DNA of 6,377 bases from Promethearchaeota archaeon (GCA_048939465.1 JBHLPL010000110.1:1-6377), one strand, 5' to 3'; shown: positions 1 through 6,350, counted from the stretch's first letter. Notes: generated by a model from the sequence alone, not told the origin. A program made the numbers and translations.

Positions 1-1405
1 GTGGGCCGGTTATTACTGTAAGCTTCTGAGAAAGACCGAGAATTACAGCCTCACGTTGTTCACTATTCAGGGGCAGGATTTCAAGTATGGGCGTATTTTG
101 AGACGAAGAATCGTCAAGAACATTTCCACATAACCATATTCCCAATGCAGTATCACGGTATCCAGTCTCATCGATTGTTTCTAGTTTGGCCATTTCGGTC
201 TCTAATCCCTGAGTGTACGGAGATCTTTCACCAAGGATGAGTATGGCTCTGTTATAAATACCCTGCTCTTTGATTTCTGCTAAAGGAGGCTCTTTTGTTA
301 ATGCATACGGATTAACATTTTCAATCCAGTCCCAATGTGGTCTACTTTCTTGTAACTTCATGAACAACTCATCGATCTCAGGCAAATCACCTTCAGCACC
401 AGCTAAACCTAGTTCCTCAGACAGCTGTATAGACTCATCAGTCAAGTTACCACTTCCTACATCCGCAAGGGACTTAAGTACTGAGAAGTTCAGAAAAGGT
501 GAATCTTCAGTTATACTTGGCTCCTGGTTAGGATGAGAAGGATCCTGTGATAGTGGAAAGAGACAGACAGGATCGACCATGAAGCCTTCCCAGCCCCTTC
601 GACCCTGAACCCATCTCAGACGAACAGGATAACCAACATACATTATAAGCCTACCTCGATCCCGCCTCATCCTGTTGAGTAACTGTCGGGCTGGATCATA
701 CTCAAATATACTTGACATCGTTCTGCTTAGTTGAGGAAGTTCCTCCAATTCAACGTAGTCTGATTGATAATTGCTGGTAGCAAAAACACTGATACCGTCT
801 TCGCGGTCTTGTGACAGGCAGTCTAAATAGTACCGACACAAGCGAGCTAAAAGAGAATCCGGAACCTCGACACGTTTTGGTGTTTCTCGTTGAGAGGTAA
901 TTGCAAGACCTTTCGGCCACCACTTGTATTCCCGGTCTTGTCTAAATTTATTACGGAGTTCACTATAGAGAATAGAATTGACGTCTGTTCTCTCTATACC
1001 AAGCTCCTGAGCAATCTCTCGCGATTTTAGGCCCGGTCTCGCCACAAGCAGTTCAGAAATCCTGACCTTATTACTTTTTGGTAGATCATTGGTCTGAGTG
1101 TCTCCAGCACTTCGTCTTCCGGAACTAGTAGTTGAAAGCCTGATTCTGTCCAGACGAAATACTCTTTCCTCTTGACGTGTAGAACAATAAGCGCGCAAGT
1201 AGACATCTGTGTAGCCATCCACTTTAAACAGCTCCAATGGCCTAACAAGCCGCTTTTCACCCGGTGTTGTACCACCCATATATACTATTTCTAGCCATTG
1301 GGCCTCTTGGATCGCCACCTTAAGCTCTCGGCAGAGAGTATGATCAGAGTCGGATGCGGAGCGACGACTTGCCCTTCGCCAATCATCAAGTTCATCCGAT
1401 GTCAT
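1..1405 (-). CDS. WYL domain + winged-HTH + SF1 (UPF1/DNA2/NAM7-like, COG1112-type) helicase fusion protein; 3' end lies outside the window (partial)
   Basis: Hand translation of the minus strand shows no stop from ATG 1405 to base 2 (468 codons). GGAGA lies about 10 nt upstream of the ATG, and the nearest upstream in-frame stop is near 1485. N-terminus is MTSDELDDWRRASRR. WYL, aa 28-88 (nt 1324..1142): LKVAIQEAQWLEIVYMGGTTPGEKRLVRPLELFKVDGYTDVYLRAYCSTRQEERVFRLDRI. wHTH, aa 113-163 (nt 1069..917): KVRISELLVARPGLKSREIAQELGIERTDVNSILYSELRNKFRQDREYKWW. The frame ends with PLNSEQREAVILGLSQKLTVITGP, a Q-motif plus the start of a Walker A (expected GPPGTGK). It is absent from the ORF track because its stop is off-window. 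Confidence 0.9.
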   Translation of the reverse strand, partial: MTSDELDDWRRASRRSASDSDHTLCRELKVAIQEAQWLEIVYMGGTTPGEKRLVRPLELFKVDGYTDVYLRAYCSTRQEERVFRLDRIRLSTTSSGRRSAGDTQTNDLPKSNKVRISELLVARPGLKSREIAQELGIERTDVNSILYSELRNKFRQDREYKWWPKGLAITSQRETPKRVEVPDSLLARLCRYYLDCLSQDREDGISVFATSNYQSDYVELEELPQLSRTMSSIFEYDPARQLLNRMRRDRGRLIMYVGYPVRLRWVQGRRGWEGFMVDPVCLFPLSQDPSHPNQEPSITEDSPFLNFSVLKSLADVGSGNLTDESIQLSEELGLAGAEGDLPEIDELFMKLQESRPHWDWIENVNPYALTKEPPLAEIKEQGIYNRAILILGERSPYTQGLETEMAKLETIDETGYRDTALGIWLCGNVLDDSSSQNTPILEILPLNSEQREAVILGLSQKLTVITGP

Positions 1406-1506
1406 GAAACGAAATTCTCCAGTGAATTCACACTTTAGCAACTCTAATCCGCAATGTTGTGTCTCGCATCCCTGCAAATCTAGCGACTACAAGAAAGTAA
1501 AAACCT

Positions 1507-1535
1507 ATTATATACTCTATGTGAGTCTAAATCAA
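1507..1535 (-). promoter_or_regulatory. Putative sigma70-type promoter for the WYL-helicase gene
   Basis: Minus strand has -35 TTGATT (1535..1530), a 17-bp spacer and a perfect -10 TATAAT (1512..1507), about 100 nt upstream of ATG 1405. Confidence 0.6.
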
Positions 1536-1620
1536 GGAAAATGAAGACAAAACCTTCAAGCCTAGACAATTCCTGTCAAGCAATACGACTGTCTGTCAGA
1601 CCATTGCAAATCTTGCTTTT

Positions 1621-1638
1621 TTGCTCGAATTCGAGCAA
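1621..1638. promoter_or_regulatory. Perfect 18-bp palindrome TTGCTCGAATTCGAGCAA; candidate binding site for a dimeric protein
   Basis: All 9 base pairs checked and there is no loop. It sits in the intergenic region between the two divergent promoters. The palindrome is certain, but its function is inferred. Confidence 0.6.
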
Positions 1639-1754
1639 TTTAACAAACAGGTTACGTATAGGTTGTTTCTTCTGAGTGTGCGCAGTGCAATGTGGTAAGA
1701 AGGAGGAGAATTGTTTTACACTCCCTTCGTGTCGTCGAGCCGCAACATTTCTTA

Positions 1755-1783
1755 TTGACCGATTTGACTCAATGCATTATATT
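1755..1783 (+). promoter_or_regulatory. Putative sigma70-type promoter for the ParB-HD-MTase operon
   Basis: -35 TTGACC (1755..1760), 17-bp spacer, -10 TATATT (1778..1783). Both boxes match consensus at 5/6. It lies about 200 nt upstream of ATG 1985. Confidence 0.55.
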
Positions 1784-1984
1784 TCTAATCAGTTTTACCA
1801 AGGATGGAATCCTGATCTGCGGTGAAAGCATCAAGTGGACAAAATAAGTTAGTAAATTTGATGGACCCTCCATGATTGAATGGTGAGATAGATTCTTAAT
1901 TCTGTTAAGTATTTGCACGGACGTAATGATAAGCAAATCTTAGAATAATTAGCTAAAATCGTAAATTGCTTTGGGAATTGGGAA

Positions 1985-3016
1985 ATGAAGTTACAGAATA
2001 TCGAGACTGCCAAGATTGATCGAAATCCTCAAAATCCCCGTGGGATCAACGTCGTTGAAGAAGATGAAAAGCTGGGATTGCTAATGGATTCAATAGAACA
2101 GTTCGGAATATTGGTGCCATTGGTTGTTACGCCTGAAAACGGACGTTATATACTTGTTGATGGCGAACGAAGGTACGAGGCAGCAAGAAGTCTCGGTCTT
2201 GTAAAAGTACCTGCTTATGTTACGGAAAAAGGGCTCAGTGATAAGGATGTCCTATTACGAATGTTTCACATTCATCATAACCGTGAGCAGTGGGGGCCAA
2301 TACAAGAGTGCATGGCTTTGGAGGATACCTATGAGAAGATAAGGAAACGTCCAAAAATTAAGGGAATAACCGCTGAGGATGCAAAGATACAGGCGATTGC
2401 GGAAGAATTAAGTAAAACCGCAGGAATTGAGTTTCGGACGGCGCGAGACAGAGTACTTTTTTTGCGGTGGCCGGAGGACGTTAAAAACAACTTGTATAAG
2501 ATACCGTCTGGGGCACATCACTATATTGTGGAAATTGAAAACGGTATTATCTTGCCTGCCTTAAAAAACTATCCTGATTACTTTGAAAATGTTCCAGTTA
2601 ATGAAGTCAGACGTTTCCTTCTTGAGAAGATCAGTGTCAACGCCGTTGGGAGGGGGATAGAAGTGCGTGTAGCAACTCCGATAGTAAAGTTTCAAACACA
2701 CAAAACGAAGGAGAGGAAGAAGATTCTCAGAATTCTAGATGATTTAGTTAGAGACAAGAATATGACCTACCAAGATGCTCGCGAGGAATTTGACCGACAG
2801 TTTCCAGAAGCCGCTTCTACACCACCGCCATCACCTCGCAAATTGTTGTCAGCAATATGTAACTTGTGTGAGCAGATCGAAGTATTTGATCCCGAATCAT
2901 TTGAGAGAAGCATCAAAAGGGCTAAGGCAAGCAAGAAAGATGTTATGTCTGCAATGCAAAGACTGATAGACATGCTGAATGATTTACAGTCTCGAATCAA
3001 AATAAATCGCAGTTAA
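1985..3016 (+). CDS. ParB/Srx-family protein (ParB N-terminal nucleotide-binding domain, ParB-type HTH, helical C-terminus); not part of a parAB cassette
   Basis: NPQNPR (aa 14-19), LMDSIEQFGILVPLVV, the arginine patch LVDGERRYEAA (aa 57-67) and VPAYV are typical of the ParB N-terminal domain. IAEELSKTAGIEFRTARDRVLFLRWPEDVKNNL (aa 138-170) resembles the ParB HTH region (ELA..LGKSR..V.N.LRLL.LPEEVQ). A Pro-rich linker (aa 276-286) precedes an amphipathic helical tail. Confidence 0.9.
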   Translation: MKLQNIETAKIDRNPQNPRGINVVEEDEKLGLLMDSIEQFGILVPLVVTPENGRYILVDGERRYEAARSLGLVKVPAYVTEKGLSDKDVLLRMFHIHHNREQWGPIQECMALEDTYEKIRKRPKIKGITAEDAKIQAIAEELSKTAGIEFRTARDRVLFLRWPEDVKNNLYKIPSGAHHYIVEIENGIILPALKNYPDYFENVPVNEVRRFLLEKISVNAVGRGIEVRVATPIVKFQTHKTKERKKILRILDDLVRDKNMTYQDAREEFDRQFPEAASTPPPSPRKLLSAICNLCEQIEVFDPESFERSIKRAKASKKDVMSAMQRLIDMLNDLQSRIKINRS

Positions 3017-3032
3017 TGATCACAGGTCTCAT

Positions 3033-4517
3033 ATGAACGTTTTCAGCGAAGATTCAATCCTATTTGAGGCTATTGATGGCAAATGCCTCAAAAGAATGAG
3101 AGGTATTCCGCATGGCATACAACGCCCATGGAAAGAACTCGTTTCGAAAGGAACGCTCTGGGCAGTGTATCGGATTAGTGGAGAGCATTGGCCGAGATCC
3201 ACTGAGAAAGCAATTCTTAAGTTGAAAGAAAGCTCAGGAGTAAGCCCATGTGTACTCGTAGGAAAGAATGAAGACCTTGGCACTGTAGCAACAGCCTTCA
3301 GCAAGTTACAGGTTCCTGTTGTCACTGAGATAGGAGGACGAGGGAAACTGGTACGACCTAGAGCGGTAGAAAAACAGAAAAAAGTAGAAAAAGGATGGAC
3401 ATCGCGCGTATCACCTTATGTCTTGGAAGATTGTTCAAAATTGAATAACATTCATGCCGATTTGCGTACGCTTATCTGTGTATTGGTGAAGAAGTATGGA
3501 GATAAAAGAGAGTGGGATGACGAACACGAGCATAAGGCGCTCCAGACGTTTTTCTTAGACTTTGCTGGCCTTAATGGTTTAAGTGCTGACGCCTCACGGG
3601 CCCAAATCGTTTTGCGCCGCCTTGAACAAGCTGGGATGGCGGGCAGTCGAGACCATTATTTTCACTCCTTTCAAAACTTCTTCTTTGGCCTATGGGTTAT
3701 AGGAGAAGCGCGTGATTACTTTGAGAAGTGGCTAAAAGTATCCAAACTGTTCTGGAGTGTTTCACTTGAGTTTGTATGGTTTCTCGTTTGCATGTGGCAC
3801 GATGTTGGGTATGGGCTTCATTCGCGGAGAGCTATCGAAGAGAACGTTTTTGGAATCGAACTTGAAGAGTCCCCCACTGACCGATTGAGTACATATCTCA
3901 CAAGCCTACCCATTATGGAGGCCAAAAGAACAATTACTTCACTGATGGAGCACTTACTGGACACCAAACCTCAAACTGGATGGATGGAACCGCGACGAGA
4001 GTCCAAATATACTAATACTGAACAGAAACTTGAAAGAGCCATAGATGCTGATCTGAGAAGTGGACATGGGGCTGCGAGCGCGCTGCGGCTTTACACGGAC
4101 ATGATGAATTTTATCAATAAGTGCGCTGTCCAGGAAAAAAGAAATATCCTAATTCAATCTACTTTAATTGCTGCTGCTTCAATACCTTTCCACGACTGGC
4201 ATTTTAGGAGGTGTGTACGGAAAGAGTATGGTGTCTGCAAAATACCGGTTATAACAATGCCTTTTGCAGCACTTCTTGCGTATGTCGATAGCATACAGGA
4301 AGATAGAAGGAAGTTTGACAGTATCAGAAAAGAGAGGGCGTTCTTGCGGCACCTCACTATAGAAGAAGAAAGGATCATATCAGCAGAGGTTGATGGAGCT
4401 GCACTTGCGAATGGAGATGTTATTTGGAAAATTGTAGAAGCAACCGATGTTCTTTCTTTTTTGGAAAGAAGCACGGCTAGCTTCGAAGTCGAATACCCGA
4501 AATGGTTAGTAGCATGA
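3033..4517 (+). CDS. HD-superfamily metal-dependent phosphohydrolase with an unassigned ~110-aa N-terminal alpha/beta domain
   Basis: Ordered candidate metal ligands: RDHYFHS (H208/H211), MWHDVGY (H256-D257), GHGAASA (H345), IPFHD (H387), AYVDSIQE (D419). The ATG is 16 nt after the parB-like stop. Substrate is unknown. Confidence 0.8.
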   Translation: MNVFSEDSILFEAIDGKCLKRMRGIPHGIQRPWKELVSKGTLWAVYRISGEHWPRSTEKAILKLKESSGVSPCVLVGKNEDLGTVATAFSKLQVPVVTEIGGRGKLVRPRAVEKQKKVEKGWTSRVSPYVLEDCSKLNNIHADLRTLICVLVKKYGDKREWDDEHEHKALQTFFLDFAGLNGLSADASRAQIVLRRLEQAGMAGSRDHYFHSFQNFFFGLWVIGEARDYFEKWLKVSKLFWSVSLEFVWFLVCMWHDVGYGLHSRRAIEENVFGIELEESPTDRLSTYLTSLPIMEAKRTITSLMEHLLDTKPQTGWMEPRRESKYTNTEQKLERAIDADLRSGHGAASALRLYTDMMNFINKCAVQEKRNILIQSTLIAAASIPFHDWHFRRCVRKEYGVCKIPVITMPFAALLAYVDSIQEDRRKFDSIRKERAFLRHLTIEEERIISAEVDGAALANGDVIWKIVEATDVLSFLERSTASFEVEYPKWLVA

Positions 4518-5788
4518 ATGTTAACAGAGTAAATCTTTTCAAAGCTGTGCTGCGTCTACTGCAAAGTACGGATAAAATCTCGAGTCTTGACTTGCCGGGA
4601 AAGGATGGTTTGAGTGGAGGTGCCATCCCATGGCGACTGAACGGCCACACTTTTGTTCATCCATTGCATCGAATGGCGTCAAGAGTCGGAGGATTCCCTC
4701 CACAACTACCTCGATATTTTATTCAACGTTTTACCAAACGGGGAGATTTAATATGTGATCCGTTTTGTGGGAAAGGTACGACGTTACTTGAGGCAGTATC
4801 TTTGAGGCGAAAGGCTCTAGGTTGTGATATCGGGCCTGATGCCGTTATTATATCCCGCGCAAAAACGAATTGGCCTTCGTTAGAAGAGATTCTTCCATAC
4901 GTTGAACAATTACCGCGAGACGGGGTCAAACAAGAAGTACCTGTTGATGTGAAGCTATTCTTTCATCCCAAGACACTAGAGCAAATCCTAGCTGCCAGAG
5001 AAAGGATACTCACCGACAGGTTGATAGGACGTGGACGACGGCGCCAGCTAGCTGAATTTACGATGGGGGTGCTGCTTGGTTGCTTGCACGGTAGATCGCG
5101 ATGCTCTCTCTCTCTACCAAGTAACCATGCGTTTGCTATGTCTCCCAGATATGTGAGGAAGTATGCAAAGGAGCATAATCTTAAATGTCCAAAGCGCGAC
5201 GTCAGAGAATGCATTATAGAGCGCATACTGATGATGCTTCCAGGTCCAAGAGTCAAAGAGTCTGCCCATGTTTTTGAGGATGACGGAAAGAAAATAGGTT
5301 TTAACAAGAAAGGTCAGTGGTCTGGACGAGTCAACCTAATCATTACATCGCCTCCGTATCTAGCTAGACAAACCTACATTAAGGACTCTTGGCTTCGATT
5401 GTGGTTGCTCGGTCGGGATTCTAAAGCAATTAAGGTAAAGTCATTGGAAACAGGTAATATTGTTAGATTCACCGAAATGATGCAGAGCTGCCTCGGAGAA
5501 TTCTTGCGTTTGCTTAGACCGAATGGGCGGTGCTTATTGGTATGTGGTACATCACATTGTGATTTATTGGGTGAAAAAACCAAAGTTCGGATTGCAGGTT
5601 TAGTAATGTACGCTGCGATGAATGTTACACACGAAAAATACAAATGGCATATCGAAAATCTTATTGAAGATAAAATTGTTCTGAAAAGGGGTAGTTATTT
5701 CGCAGTAAGAAGTAATGGTGATATCGATGATACACGGAGGAGGATAAGCGAAGACGATATAGTGAGCTTGGTTAAGATCCACAAATGA
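4514..5788 (+). CDS. SAM-dependent amino-DNA methyltransferase, alpha-class motif order, SPPY motif (probably N4-cytosine; N6-adenine not excluded)
   Basis: Motif X/I region HPLH...FPPQL...FTKRGDLICDPFCGKGTT (DPFCGKG at nt 4757), then a ~190-aa putative target-recognition insert, then catalytic motif IV LIITSPPY (nt 5348..5359) and EFLRLLRPNGRCLLVCG. I prefer start 4514 over 4502 because it gives an ATGA overlap with the HD stop (TGA 4515..4517). Confidence 0.88.
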   Translation: MNVNRVNLFKAVLRLLQSTDKISSLDLPGKDGLSGGAIPWRLNGHTFVHPLHRMASRVGGFPPQLPRYFIQRFTKRGDLICDPFCGKGTTLLEAVSLRRKALGCDIGPDAVIISRAKTNWPSLEEILPYVEQLPRDGVKQEVPVDVKLFFHPKTLEQILAARERILTDRLIGRGRRRQLAEFTMGVLLGCLHGRSRCSLSLPSNHAFAMSPRYVRKYAKEHNLKCPKRDVRECIIERILMMLPGPRVKESAHVFEDDGKKIGFNKKGQWSGRVNLIITSPPYLARQTYIKDSWLRLWLLGRDSKAIKVKSLETGNIVRFTEMMQSCLGEFLRLLRPNGRCLLVCGTSHCDLLGEKTKVRIAGLVMYAAMNVTHEKYKWHIENLIEDKIVLKRGSYFAVRSNGDIDDTRRRISEDDIVSLVKIHK

Positions 5789-6050
5789 GGAAACCTGACG
5801 GCATGCATTTTGATAACATCAGGAAATTACTGTAAAGTATGCCTGAATTAGGATTCACAAAACGTAGGTATCCTACTCAAAAATTAGAGTGAAGGCAAAA
5901 ACGTTTGAGTGGCGAATTTTTGGAATGGAAGTCAGCTCATTGATGACTGAATATTGACAGCTTCGGGAAAAGTGATTTCCGACAAAGTCAGAGCTTTGAC
6001 AAACATATCACAATCAGTGCACATGTTATCTTCCTTGCTTTGCAATCAAC

Positions 6051-6350
6051 TCAAAATTCGGTTACATATCCTTGCAGACACACCCTTAGCAGCAGTACCC
6101 CCGGAAGCCCGGTCTGTCTCCGTCCATGATTGAGTCTACCAATGACGTTCTCATCCAGCGGCACTCGCACCAGTTTATCAGCCTCGATCTCACCCTTCAG
6201 ACCGAGCTTCCGGAGCGATTCCACCAGCGGTAGCAGTTCAGCGTCCAGGGCTTCGTCAACGACCCAGCGGAGGGCCTTCCCCTCTCTATCACCACGCTCT
6301 TTGACCTTGTCCCACAGGCCGTTCGGCAATTTCATAGTACGATAGAACAT
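6051..6350 (-). CDS. Tandem ribbon-helix-helix (RHH) DNA-binding protein; true start may lie outside the window
   Basis: Two RHH-like units: YRTMKLPNGLWDKVKERGDREGKALRWVVDEAL and LVRVPLDENVIGRLNHGRRQTGLPGVLLLRVCL. Each has an alternating hydrophobic strand, helix, G-turn and helix. The frame stays open from 6350 to the window end (EICEEDRLP-M). Confidence 0.65.
   Translation of the reverse strand: MFYRTMKLPNGLWDKVKERGDREGKALRWVVDEALDAELLPLVESLRKLGLKGEIEADKLVRVPLDENVIGRLNHGRRQTGLPGVLLLRVCLQGYVTEF

Noticed and set aside
270-536. 88-aa plus-strand ORF from the track
   Set aside because: Ser-rich antisense shadow of the helicase CDS, with no motif.
1027-1275. 82-aa minus-strand ORF from the track
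   Set aside because: Alternate frame inside the WYL-helicase CDS. The other frame carries the WYL and HTH motifs.
1701-1758. AGGAGG followed by a TTG-start 15-codon ORF (1711..1758), with a weak hairpin covering the SD-like sequence
   Set aside because: Only a 4-nt spacer, a weak start codon, and the stop falls in the predicted -35 box. There is no independent support.
1985-3016. Calling this a parAB/parS partition locus (gene symbol parB or spo0J)
   Set aside because: No adjacent ParA, no consensus parS, an altered ENxxR motif, and operon partners unrelated to segregation.
2767-3325. ORFs 2767..3000 (-), 2775..2966 (+) and 3029..3325 (-)
   Set aside because: They overlap the motif-bearing ParB and HD genes in antisense or shifted frames and have no recognisable features.
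3033-4517. Cas3'' HD nuclease or a CRISPR-associated locus
   Set aside because: No repeat-spacer array or other cas gene in the window, and HD motifs alone are not diagnostic.
4154-5782. Minus-strand ORFs 4154..4474, 4723..4929, 4963..5307, 5374..5643 and 5600..5782
   Set aside because: Antisense shadows of the HD and MTase genes, with no motifs.
4514-5788. Classical type II restriction-modification pair, or a Trm11-type tRNA methyltransferase
   Set aside because: No REase motif is recognisable in the neighbours. There is no THUMP-like N-terminus, and the ~190-aa gap between motif I and SPPY fits alpha-class DNA MTases.
5866-6000. Short hairpins after the MTase (GTAGG-TAT-CCTAC 5866..5878; TCGGGAA...TTTCCGA near 5963..5982; GTCAGAGCTTTGAC 5987..6000) as terminators
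   Set aside because: Stems are short or mismatched and lack a following U-tract.
5932-6024. 30-aa minus-strand ORF MCTDCDMFVKALTLSEITFPEAVNIQSSMS with upstream AAGGA
   Set aside because: Too short to support without homology or ribosome-profiling data.
6130-6345. 71-aa plus-strand ORF
   Set aside because: Ser/Arg-rich antisense shadow of the RHH ORF.
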